A stretch of DNA of 18,129 nt. Source: a virus. Its lineage: Duplodnaviria > Heunggongvirae > Uroviricota > Caudoviricetes. The DNA lies in the IMG/VR virus record IMGVR_UViG_3300012281_000006. One strand, 5' to 3'. Shown here piece after piece: positions 1 through 7,766 of the stretch (the first letter of the stretch is position 1; the number at the start of each line of letters is the position of its first letter). The notes beneath the pieces are model-generated. The model was given only the letters and a program-made list of their open reading frames with translations. It did no database searches and was not told where the DNA came from. The translations under genes were made by a program, and so were the position numbers.

Positions 1-57
1 AATTTTTTATCCACACCCCCATGTCAAAATGATACCCCCTCCCCCTGTCAGGATGAC

Positions 58-411
58 GTGGCAATAAAGAATAAGAAGTCACAAGTTAAAAAAACAAAAA
101 GATCAGTTTCCGGCGGTGCCGGAACGACCAGACTCAAAAAATTGACTTCATGGATCGCTGAGGCAAAAGCAAAGGCTGACAATCTGCGGTTATCCAAAAA
201 ACGCGCTCAAAAACATGAGTTCAAGCAGAAAGTAGAGGCGGCAGCGCGGAAATATGCTTACCTGAAGAACAAGCGTTCTCCTGATATTGGCGGGGTATCA
301 AACTTCGATAATCTGCCGCATTGCATGACGGTAAACGAAGCTCTTAATGCGGTTTTAGCCAAAAATAAAGATAACGAACAATGGGGTATACCGGCAGGAT
401 TCAGAGGGTGA
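58..411 (+). CDS. Hypothetical highly basic (Lys/Arg-rich) protein; frame is open to the window start so the gene may be 5'-truncated
   Basis: 117-codon ORF from GTG at 58 preceded by AGGA; no stop in this frame between position 1 and 58; K/R-rich composition; no recognisable motif. Confidence 0.35.
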   Translation: MAIKNKKSQVKKTKRSVSGGAGTTRLKKLTSWIAEAKAKADNLRLSKKRAQKHEFKQKVEAAARKYAYLKNKRSPDIGGVSNFDNLPHCMTVNEALNAVLAKNKDNEQWGIPAGFRG

Positions 412-479
412 TAGATTGCTCTAATCTGGAGTCACCTGGTGTTTTCAGTTTGAGGTCGGAGATGCAATCTGATTTTTTA

Positions 480-527
480 NNNNNNNNNNNNNNNNNNNNN
501 NNNNNNNNNNNNNNNNNNNNNNNNNNN
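480..527. other. Run of 48 N (assembly gap or masked sequence)
   Basis: Literal n characters in the sequence. Confidence 0.95.
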
Positions 528-749
528 GCGTTCGCTTTTGCAGGATATGTTTGTATTGGCTTCTGTGTATACATAATCAGCCGAAAAATGCTTGTCGATA
601 TCGACCGCAAAGAACGAGCAGAGGAGATCTTAGTATGGATTTTCTTTGGCGCAATCTGGCCATTAGGGATCATGTTTGCTGCAACATTTCTTCTGATGTG
701 GATATTCACCCTTCCAGGTGATTTCTATAGAAAAAAAGCCAGACATTGA
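528..749 (+). CDS. Small hydrophobic (membrane) protein fragment; 5' part lost in the N-run
   Basis: Frame open from the gap to the stop at 747-749; translation AFAFAGYVCIGFCVYII...WIFFGAIWPLGIMFAATFLLMWIF is two hydrophobic stretches typical of a small membrane protein; an internal ATG at 588 is an alternative start. Confidence 0.25.
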   Translation, partial: AFAFAGYVCIGFCVYIISRKMLVDIDRKERAEEILVWIFFGAIWPLGIMFAATFLLMWIFTLPGDFYRKKARH

Positions 750-819
750 TACAATCGTTGCGGGTGCTTGAGGCTATCTGCTTCAGGCATTACCAGAAAA
801 GCAGATAGAAGAAAGCCCC

Positions 820-885
820 AGATAACATTACGCGTCCTGCAAGACGCTTAACATTAATCTGAGGCCATATCTATGCTTAGCATAC
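820..885 (-). ncRNA. Possible sok-like antisense RNA to the hok/mok leader (position inferred)
   Basis: Minus-strand sigma70-like elements (TTGACC as rc of 912-917; GCTAAT as rc of 889-894) facing into the mok start region; hairpin GCGTC-N6-GACGC at 833-852; inferred by analogy to hok/sok, not demonstrated. Confidence 0.2.
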
Positions 886-1079
886 GTAGATTAGCCTCTT
901 ACCGACCAAAAGGTCAAGGAGAAGCAGGCTATGAAGCAGCAAAAAGCGATGTTAATCGCTCTGATCGTCATCTGTTTAACCGTCATTGTGACGGCACTGG
1001 TAACGAGGAAAGACCTCTGCGAGGTACGAATCCGAACCGGCCAGACGGAGGTCACTGTCTTCACAGCCTACGAATCTGA
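873..1079 (+). CDS. mok-like reading frame overlapping hok (modulator of hok translation)
   Basis: 68-codon ORF starting at ATG 873 and overlapping the hok ORF in another frame, the arrangement of mok/hok in hok-sok loci. Confidence 0.4.
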   Translation: MLSIRRLASYRPKGQGEAGYEAAKSDVNRSDRHLFNRHCDGTGNEERPLRGTNPNRPDGGHCLHSLRI

Positions 1080-1086
1080 AAGGTAA
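931..1086 (+). CDS. hok: Hok/Gef-family type I toxin (small membrane-depolarising peptide)
   Basis: 51-aa ORF MKQQKAMLIALIVICLTVIVTALVTRKDLCEVRIRTGQTEVTVFTAYESER; RBS AAGGAG at 916-922; near-identical in pattern to Gef/HokC as I recall it (MKQHKAMIVALIVICITAVVAALVTRKDLCEVHIRTGQTEVAVFTAYESE). Confidence 0.8.
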   Translation: MKQQKAMLIALIVICLTVIVTALVTRKDLCEVRIRTGQTEVTVFTAYESER

Positions 1087-1093
1087 GAGACCT

Positions 1094-1113
1094 GGCGGGG
1101 AGAGATCCCCGCC
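1094..1113 (+). promoter_or_regulatory. Stable GC-rich stem-loop 3' of hok (GGCGGGGA-GAGA-TCCCCGCC), candidate mRNA 3' stabiliser or fold-back element
   Basis: Perfect 8-bp stem with GAGA loop directly after the hok stop; no U-run follows. Confidence 0.4.
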
Positions 1114-1156
1114 ACTCTTCGTGTGTCAGGTATCCTCAATGCACCCTTTCCTCTCC

Positions 1157-1182
1157 AAATAAAAAAGCTACCCGAAGGAGCT
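1157..1182 (-). terminator. Rho-independent terminator of the minus-strand structural operon
   Basis: Hairpin at 1167-1182 followed on the minus strand by a T-run (A-run 1157-1166 on plus); lies just downstream of the ORF ending at 1204. Confidence 0.6.
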
Positions 1183-1203
1183 TTAAAATACAAGGGATGA
1201 CTC

Positions 1204-1713
1204 TTAATCCCACTCAATCCAGTTGTAGACGATACGAAGTGACGGGCGCACAGCGGCAGTCACATCTTCGGTACTAAAGTCGATTGCATCACTGTAGATT
1301 TTGCAGTCCAACATTTCAATTGTTGTAGCAGCTTTTGTCACAGCGTTAACCCCGGAAGATTTGGATTCAGGGGTAGCAGCCATCGTGATATCAACATAGT
1401 CCTTCGCCGCAATGCGATCCTTAATGAACTGAAGAATATCGCCTTCGATAGTCTCCACGCACTGGACCTGGATTTCCCCAGAGTTTCGAATTGGTCCGTG
1501 CTGGTTGAACTTCACACCATTCGGACCATAGTCCTCCACATCCTCGCGGGTCATTTCAGGGATTTGCGACGTGCGAACCAGTACGCTGATATCTTCATGG
1601 CCTGCAAAAGTGAGCTGGAATTCAGAAGATACCAGTCGTTCGCCTTTGGCCGCGTTGGCAGTATAGCGGCCTTTAATAAATTTACGGTTTCCCTTAGTGT
1701 TATTGTGCCCCAT
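1204..1713 (-). CDS. Late structural protein, 169 aa (tail-associated; possibly tail tube-like)
   Basis: ORF with AAGGA RBS 6 nt upstream of ATG 1713; last gene of a tightly packed minus-strand operon with a sheath-like gene; size typical of tail tube proteins; no diagnostic motif. Confidence 0.6.
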   Translation of the reverse strand: MGHNNTKGNRKFIKGRYTANAAKGERLVSSEFQLTFAGHEDISVLVRTSQIPEMTREDVEDYGPNGVKFNQHGPIRNSGEIQVQCVETIEGDILQFIKDRIAAKDYVDITMAATPESKSSGVNAVTKAATTIEMLDCKIYSDAIDFSTEDVTAAVRPSLRIVYNWIEWD

Positions 1714-1724
1714 ATAAAATCCTT

Positions 1725-2306
1725 TTACTGGAACGCCCGAACAATATCGGAGCTGTTATATATCGAAGAACCGGTCAACTGGAGGTTGACGGTGTTTTTC
1801 AGGAAATATCCATTACTGTCCCTTGGCGCATCGAGATCAAAACTTAAGTCCTGGATAGCGACATCGGTGATGTTGATCCGGCGGCCAATGTTTAGCGTCA
1901 CACGTTCCGGGATTCGACCACCAACATTGGCCGCTTTTAGTTCCGGGCTAATCATGGCTGTCAACGCGGCGATAGCGCCTGAAACTTCAATGAATGGATT
2001 GTTCAAAGCAATGAAAGTTACGGGCAGCGTGAACGTCGGCGGAGTCCCCCCTTCCCAAACCATTAAGCTGTTCCAACGGGCAACCGACGTTGTTTCAGTA
2101 CCTACTTGCACAAACCCCCCCAGAGCGCCAGAAACAGACCCCATGGACATACCAGTAAACGGTGCTTCCCAATTCTGGGCCATGTTCATTGCCGCCCCCT
2201 GGCTGATATATCCGGTAACCTGATACTGAGAGTTCGTTAAAGTAACTTTCAGATATGGCGATACACCGTCAGCCTGGCTGTAAACCCCATAAGCTATAGG
2301 AGCCAT
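1725..2306 (-). CDS. Late structural protein, 193 aa (tail-associated, function unknown)
   Basis: ORF packed between neighbouring genes (12-nt spacer downstream); same operon as the sheath-like gene. Confidence 0.6.
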   Translation of the reverse strand: MAPIAYGVYSQADGVSPYLKVTLTNSQYQVTGYISQGAAMNMAQNWEAPFTGMSMGSVSGALGGFVQVGTETTSVARWNSLMVWEGGTPPTFTLPVTFIALNNPFIEVSGAIAALTAMISPELKAANVGGRIPERVTLNIGRRINITDVAIQDLSFDLDAPRDSNGYFLKNTVNLQLTGSSIYNSSDIVRAFQ

Positions 2307-2341
2307 TCAAGTTAAAGGCCGGAGTTCCCCGGCCTCCTCCT

Positions 2342-3157
2342 TTAGCCAAGGCGCTTACGGCGCAGTTTCATTGACTTTTTGCGGGCAAGTTTTGCCGCGC
2401 CAGTCTGGGCTTTTCGACGCGCTTTTTTCAGCGCCGATTTTTGAGCCGCAGTCAGACGTTTTTTACGCAGGCGTTTACGGATGAGTTTGATCTCACCGTT
2501 ACGAACAACCTTCTTAAATGCTTCAGTCAGCATTTCATCAGAAGTGCCAGCAACAACAAATGCCGCTTCCAGTTCGTCGCGGTCGTCGCTATCTAAACCA
2601 GCGATAGAGGCACCAACATCAGCAGCTGCGTCGTCGTCTTCATCGTCAGCCAGTGCTTCGATCAGGTCATCATCTACACCGCATGCTGCGGGGAAGTCAG
2701 CAACATTTGCCCATGCTTCGTTATAGGCATCGTCCTGTTCTTCTGTAACTTCGGAGTCGTCGTCATCAGAGATACCAGCGATAGCCTGAACGAAACCATC
2801 AAGGGAGTCGAAAGTCAGATCACCGCTATCAGCCCAGGCGAAAACGGCGTCGGCCGCATCACTCAAAGCATTCTGCATAGCACTTCGATTTGCAGCTTCC
2901 AGAATCATCTGGTGCGCCTGTTCGACGGTCCATTCTTTACCGTCTTTCCCTTCCAGGATTTGCTCAGGAGCCGGGGCAGATGGAACGTTATCGTTAGTCT
3001 GTACCGCCGGTTCCGGATTATTATTAATAACCGGATCTGTTGGCGGTTCGGCGCTTGCTCGGGCAGACTCCATCAGCTGCACAGGATCAGAGTTCAAAGC
3101 GAAACGAGACAGTCCATTCCCCAAAAATGCCCCGGATTGAAAAAAGTTTTTGCTCAT
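2342..3157 (-). CDS. Acidic protein with poly-basic C-terminal tail, 271 aa (virion-associated protein of unknown function)
   Basis: ORF starts 9 nt after the upstream stop; long D/E-rich stretch and C-terminus KLIRKRLRKKRLTAAQKSALKKARRKAQTGAAKLARKKSMKLRRKRLG. Confidence 0.65.
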   Translation of the reverse strand: MSKNFFQSGAFLGNGLSRFALNSDPVQLMESARASAEPPTDPVINNNPEPAVQTNDNVPSAPAPEQILEGKDGKEWTVEQAHQMILEAANRSAMQNALSDAADAVFAWADSGDLTFDSLDGFVQAIAGISDDDDSEVTEEQDDAYNEAWANVADFPAACGVDDDLIEALADDEDDDAAADVGASIAGLDSDDRDELEAAFVVAGTSDEMLTEAFKKVVRNGEIKLIRKRLRKKRLTAAQKSALKKARRKAQTGAAKLARKKSMKLRRKRLG

Positions 3158-3166
3158 TGTATTCCC

Positions 3167-4756
3167 TTACTTAATAAGCAGCGGTACGCCCTGGATACGA
3201 CGGGCTACGCCAGTCGGGCAGCAGGCCCAGACTACTTCCCATTTATCGAATTCCGCCTGCGTAACTTTCAGCACATACGGTTCTGTACCGTCAGCATCAG
3301 GATCACGAGGAGCCACCAGAGCGCCGGAAGCGACAAAGCGATCTAAAAGTTTGGTCATCCCTTTAGTCAGGCCAGCCGCAGTAATACCGTCCGGGCTATG
3401 CTTCATCTGGCGGGCTAACTGGACAAAGAAACGGCTGATTGCATTCTTCAGGGATGGGACGTGCTGGAAGTGCAGATAGTTATCCTGCGTGCAGCAAGTT
3501 AAAGCATCGTCGATGATCATCTGGCCAGAGGTGCCAACAGATACTTTATTGAGACGGCCCTTGACCATTGCTTCTTCGTCCGGGGTATCTTCCGGATACA
3601 GCGGTTGAATTGACGCACGAGCAATGACGGCACGTTCTTCACCAGCCGGTGAGTAATGCCAACCGCCGACATCAGAGTTTTTCTTGACGCCACGAGCTTT
3701 CGCCGCGTACGCCACGCCAGACAGACCAAAGACCACACGGGATTGGGTCCATTTGTCTTTGCAGGAGAACGGGTAGTGATAGACAGAACAGCTTACATAA
3801 TCGGTACCAAGTAAACCGGTATCTTCAACAGCAGACAGCGCTTCCGTGTACGTCAATGTCGGTTTAACATCAAAGAAGCCATCAATCAGGCGATCAGAAC
3901 AGATATTACCTAACGCAGTGATCGCCGCATTGTCATAGCAGCCCAGGCCAAGAACAGCGGTGTACATGTACGGGGCATTGTTCAGCACTTTCACCGCACG
4001 CAGGTACGCAGCAGTTGAGATTTTCGATTGATCACCGTTGGTACCACCGGTGAACGCCAACGATTTTTTGTTTGTTACTTTCGCTGTCGAAATCAGCTCT
4101 TCATTAACAACCGCACGCAGATATTTAGAACGGGCTTCCAGAGCCGTAGGCAGATAACACAAGCGGCCCATGTCATCTTTCGCTTCTTCCGCCAAAGACA
4201 CAGTGTGTGTCTCCAGGGTCGTTACCACACCGAGCGAAGTCGTCTGGGTCAGTTTTAAGAGGAAGCGTTCATTGCCCGCACTGTCCGTTGTTGCCGTTTC
4301 GATGGTTAACTCACGGGTAGGTGAAATACACGGATCACCATCATCAACGTAGATAGCAAAGGCTTCGCCGCTATCAAGTTCAATTTCAGAACCGTATGGC
4401 AACGCACTGTAAGCTGGTTCGCCTGATTCATCGAACATAATAATCGGGAATTTCGCATCATCCGGAACAGCACGAACAACATAACCAGACGTTTGCTGAA
4501 TAGCTTCGTACACATGACGAATTGGTTCGAACTGTGAGCCGGAAGACGGTTTCAGCGGTTCGCCGAGAACATCTTCGTAATTGGACTCAGTAACAGCGAG
4601 AACAGTAAACGGCTTGCCACGCGCAAATACGCCAATACCAGCCCACAAGCTGCTATTTAATGCAACACCGGTAGATAACGTCGCATCGGCATTGATCGGG
4701 CTAACCGCGACGCCGGATGCATTACCTAATGACTGTTGAATTGAATATTGAGACAT
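3167..4756 (-). CDS. Putative contractile tail sheath protein, 529 aa (P1 gp22-like by size and position)
   Basis: 529-aa ORF (~57 kDa) second in the operon; size and position match what I recall for the P1 sheath protein; no diagnostic motif. Confidence 0.6.
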   Translation of the reverse strand: MSQYSIQQSLGNASGVAVSPINADATLSTGVALNSSLWAGIGVFARGKPFTVLAVTESNYEDVLGEPLKPSSGSQFEPIRHVYEAIQQTSGYVVRAVPDDAKFPIIMFDESGEPAYSALPYGSEIELDSGEAFAIYVDDGDPCISPTRELTIETATTDSAGNERFLLKLTQTTSLGVVTTLETHTVSLAEEAKDDMGRLCYLPTALEARSKYLRAVVNEELISTAKVTNKKSLAFTGGTNGDQSKISTAAYLRAVKVLNNAPYMYTAVLGLGCYDNAAITALGNICSDRLIDGFFDVKPTLTYTEALSAVEDTGLLGTDYVSCSVYHYPFSCKDKWTQSRVVFGLSGVAYAAKARGVKKNSDVGGWHYSPAGEERAVIARASIQPLYPEDTPDEEAMVKGRLNKVSVGTSGQMIIDDALTCCTQDNYLHFQHVPSLKNAISRFFVQLARQMKHSPDGITAAGLTKGMTKLLDRFVASGALVAPRDPDADGTEPYVLKVTQAEFDKWEVVWACCPTGVARRIQGVPLLIK

Positions 4757-4816
4757 AACTTTCCCTGTTATGCGCCCCGCACGGGGGCGCTATGTTAAAC
4801 GGAGAACTTCCCCTGA

Positions 4817-6544
4817 TTACTCAGAGTCACCGGCATCAATCGTGTCGCCGCTTATGAAGTTAAGCCCGCCTTTTTTGGCCATTGTCAGCGTTACACGAGT
4901 GAAGTAATCAGCGCCGTTGCGTGGGTGCATATCGTTGATAGCCGAACCCCACAGTGTGGTACGGTTGACCAGCGCCGGAGTGGTCGGATGCTGGAACGGG
5001 ATCGCCGGGACAGCATCACCAGTCACGAAGCCTGCTTTACCCGGATTTTCATCACGGACGTAGCACAGCACATCCATCGAGCTGAACTGAATGTTATCTG
5101 TCGTTAAGTTCTTACAAATACCAGCAGGTACTTCGTACACTTTCACGTTACCGAACAGGGTACCGATGTAGTGAACATACGGAGTCTGGATATAGTCTTC
5201 GGCTGGCTGGAAGAAATCCTTCGGCAACTGTTTGAAGAAAGATGCTGCATCAGCACCAGCAAACATCCCCATCGCACCAGAAGATTTAACGCGCTCAATA
5301 ATGTCGCGATATACAGTCTGGAATTTGCCACGAATGATGGTTGCCCATACATCAAAGGACTGGTTAACCGGCAGAGCGATGTCAAAGGTGTCGGTCGCAA
5401 GAGTGCGCCAGATCATGATGCGAAGACGCAGCATATCCTGTTCATGAGACAGGTATTCCTTCAGGGTGCGGAACTGTAGGGAACCCAGGTCCAGACCAAA
5501 TTCACGCTGTGCTTCATACGCCGCCTGTACCGTGTGCTCAGCCGCGATAACGAACTGACTTGGGAACAGGGTGTATTTCTTCATTTCGTGGTTGATCAGC
5601 GGGATCAGCTCAGGAGCGGCTTCAATATTGATTTCCGTCTCAATTGCGATCTCAGTGCCTTTATCCGGCGCTTTGGAGAACGACAGGGCAATCTGACCAA
5701 TGTTGTAGTTCAGAGAGCAGGTAACAGTGATTTGCTCACCAGCAGCATTAGTAAACGAGTGAAGTAGGCTGCCGGAACCGTTATCAACAACAGACTTAAT
5801 ACGGTTAACGTAGATGTTAGTGCGACCTTTTCGGATTGGTACATTCTGGCCTTCGAAGTCTTCCATCTTGAAGGTTGCGGTTTTGCTGGTGCCATCGGAG
5901 CTTGCCACCAGCACATAGCGGCGACGTAACTGGCTGTACACACCGACGGATTGCATGTCCAGAACATCACCAGCAGCATAAGAACCAAAAGAGGAACCTG
6001 CCACGTTAAAGACTTCATAGATGTCGGACTGGTCACGCGTAACCGGAATGAAGGTACACGCATCAGCGGTAGCTGCCCCCAACTGAACAGGCAGGATCAT
6101 CGCGAGGAATAAAGGCAGACGCATAACACCGTCAGAAACGCTCATCATCTCTGCTGCGACGGATTCCAGCATCGCTTTATTAGTGGCATCCATGCTATTG
6201 CGGGTGGACTCAATCAGGCAGTTTTCCAGCGTCTGGTGGCAGGAGGCCAGAATTTCCGGACGCGGCATAGATTTATGTGCTGCGGCGTAGTCAGCCAGTG
6301 CACTTGCCCACGCTGTAGCGATTTGAGCGGTGGCATTATCAGAGATACCCGCAAAAACCGGGTCTTTACGTGCTGCTTCAAGGATAGATGCGGCACGCGC
6401 GGCATCATCTTTAATGAATTGGTTATCAGTACCGAACTGCGCAGTGCTTGCCCAGCCAAGCACAGCTTTAGAGCGTTTTGCGATATCTGCAATACGATTC
6501 TGGTATTCGCGTAAGTTACTCAATTTACTCTTCCTTAAACACAA
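4817..6544 (-). CDS. Putative major head (capsid) protein precursor, 575 aa (P1 gp23-like by size and position)
   Basis: Longest ORF starts at TTG 6544; a better start is TTG at 6523 preceded by AAGGAAGAG; ~62 kDa product immediately downstream of parS, as I recall for P1 gene 23. Confidence 0.55.
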   Translation of the reverse strand: MCLRKSKLSNLREYQNRIADIAKRSKAVLGWASTAQFGTDNQFIKDDAARAASILEAARKDPVFAGISDNATAQIATAWASALADYAAAHKSMPRPEILASCHQTLENCLIESTRNSMDATNKAMLESVAAEMMSVSDGVMRLPLFLAMILPVQLGAATADACTFIPVTRDQSDIYEVFNVAGSSFGSYAAGDVLDMQSVGVYSQLRRRYVLVASSDGTSKTATFKMEDFEGQNVPIRKGRTNIYVNRIKSVVDNGSGSLLHSFTNAAGEQITVTCSLNYNIGQIALSFSKAPDKGTEIAIETEINIEAAPELIPLINHEMKKYTLFPSQFVIAAEHTVQAAYEAQREFGLDLGSLQFRTLKEYLSHEQDMLRLRIMIWRTLATDTFDIALPVNQSFDVWATIIRGKFQTVYRDIIERVKSSGAMGMFAGADAASFFKQLPKDFFQPAEDYIQTPYVHYIGTLFGNVKVYEVPAGICKNLTTDNIQFSSMDVLCYVRDENPGKAGFVTGDAVPAIPFQHPTTPALVNRTTLWGSAINDMHPRNGADYFTRVTLTMAKKGGLNFISGDTIDAGDSE

Positions 6545-6660
6545 GGCACTTGTGTGAATCCCTTTTCGGAAGAGATTTTATTGAAAGTCACTTGTTGACT
6601 TTCTCGTGACAAGCAATTTTTTTATTTTTTTCGGGAGGAGGGGAGGAAGGTAAAATCCAA

Positions 6661-6747
6661 GGTGAAATCGTGGCGATTTCACCTTGAAATTTTAGAGAGA
6701 TTTACTTTAAAAACAGTAGGTTAATAGTGAAATTTGAATGGCGAAAG
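6661..6747. promoter_or_regulatory. parS: Partition centromere parS (incB): heptamer A-boxes (ATTTCAC/ATTTCAA), hexamer B-boxes (TCGCCA) and central AT-rich IHF-type region
   Basis: Perfect palindrome GGTGAAATCGTGGCGATTTCACC at 6661-6683, TTGAAAT at 6684-6690, AT-rich spacer, then GTGAAATTTGAATGGCGAAAG at 6727-6747, immediately downstream of the parB stop. Confidence 0.8.
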
Positions 6748-6748
6748 T

Positions 6749-7750
6749 TTAAGGCTTCGGCTTTTTATCGAGGCTCTTTCTAAGGATATGCCCAATCATC
6801 CTGTCGAGTTCTTCCTGTAACTCTTTTGAAAGTCGATTAAACTCATAAGAAAATGCACGGCCTTTCACGCGCTTCCTTGCAAAGCGATCCTTGTCCTCAA
6901 ATTTCCATAATTCAGTAACTACGGACTTATCTTTAGAACCTTTATCCGTGAGTAGTGAGGCTTCCTTTGTTATCAAGCGCAGGATTTTATTTTTAACTTC
7001 ATCTTCGGCCATTTCTTCAATGGATAAGATGTCGTTTATTTCCGGGGATATGTTTTGAATAAGCTGATCAAACTCTAAATTCTTGTTCCCCATTTCGTCG
7101 CCAACAGCACAAAGCGTTTTGTAGTCCGAAAAGGTTAATTCCGACTGCACAGGGAAAAGGGCGACTAATTCTTCCGGAGCACTCGCTGCCTGGAGAGCAC
7201 GCGTGACCTTCGCCTGAGATAGCCCTTCTTTGGCTGCAATATCCTTCTGACTCATCCCATCATTTTTCATTCGCATCAAACGCAGACCTATTTCTCGAAT
7301 GCTGTGCTGCAATGCTGTCTGAACGTCTTTCGCTAAATTTTGCGCTTCCTGGACGCTGATCTCCTGGTCCGTGACTAAAACCCGCAACCCTACGTTCTCT
7401 AAGATGGCAGAAGCTCGACGCCGGGAACCATCCAAAATTTCAATTTTCCCTGTAGCACGTCTAACACCTATTGCAGGGTAAAATTGCTGATGCTTAATAG
7501 TGCTTCGGATACTTTTTAATGATTTTGGCGTAAGAGATGCCTGGTCACGACCGTTGTTATGCTGATCAACAAAGGTATCGCTTTCTACCTGATTCGGAGG
7601 TATTACCTCTTCAATAAATGTGGCCTGGCGACCTGTTGATAACTTGAATACCTGCTCGACTCGATCGCCAGAGGCTGAAGAACTATCAAATCCGCTTAAT
7701 ATTGAAGGATTAAGGGTTCGCCCAATTGTTGGTCTGTTTTTCTTTGACAT
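6749..7750 (-). CDS. parB: Partition protein ParB (centromere-binding)
   Basis: 333-aa ORF beginning MSKKNRPTIGRTLNPSILSGF..., matching the length and sequence I recall for P1 ParB; directly downstream of parA and upstream of parS. Confidence 0.95.
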   Translation of the reverse strand: MSKKNRPTIGRTLNPSILSGFDSSSASGDRVEQVFKLSTGRQATFIEEVIPPNQVESDTFVDQHNNGRDQASLTPKSLKSIRSTIKHQQFYPAIGVRRATGKIEILDGSRRRASAILENVGLRVLVTDQEISVQEAQNLAKDVQTALQHSIREIGLRLMRMKNDGMSQKDIAAKEGLSQAKVTRALQAASAPEELVALFPVQSELTFSDYKTLCAVGDEMGNKNLEFDQLIQNISPEINDILSIEEMAEDEVKNKILRLITKEASLLTDKGSKDKSVVTELWKFEDKDRFARKRVKGRAFSYEFNRLSKELQEELDRMIGHILRKSLDKKPKP

Positions 7751-7766
7751 GGGGGTTTCTTACTCC

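Noticed and set aside
415-444. Partial late-promoter box ATTGCTCTAATC as a functional promoter
   Set aside because: The bases at the expected -10 position are GTGTTT, not a TANNNT-type hexamer; recorded as a motif copy only.
1498-2223. 241-aa plus-strand ORF, and similar antisense ORFs at 2481-2726, 2912-3346, 3150-3479, 4028-4352, 4925-5767, 6236-6557, 7620-8202, 8302-8911, 12066-12416, 13527-14606 and 14599-15628
   Set aside because: All lie antisense to, or out of frame within, longer well-supported genes; no start signals; low-complexity translations.
6545-6660. Late promoter for the structural operon upstream of the putative capsid gene
   Set aside because: Only a weak resemblance (ATTGCTTGTCAC) to the late-promoter box and no -10 at the right spacing; the promoter position for this operon stays unresolved.
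6661-6683. Perfect 10-bp palindrome as a transcription terminator downstream of parB
   Set aside because: It consists of ParB-binding heptamer and hexamer boxes (ATTTCAC, TCGCCA) and lacks a U-run; it is part of the centromere parS.
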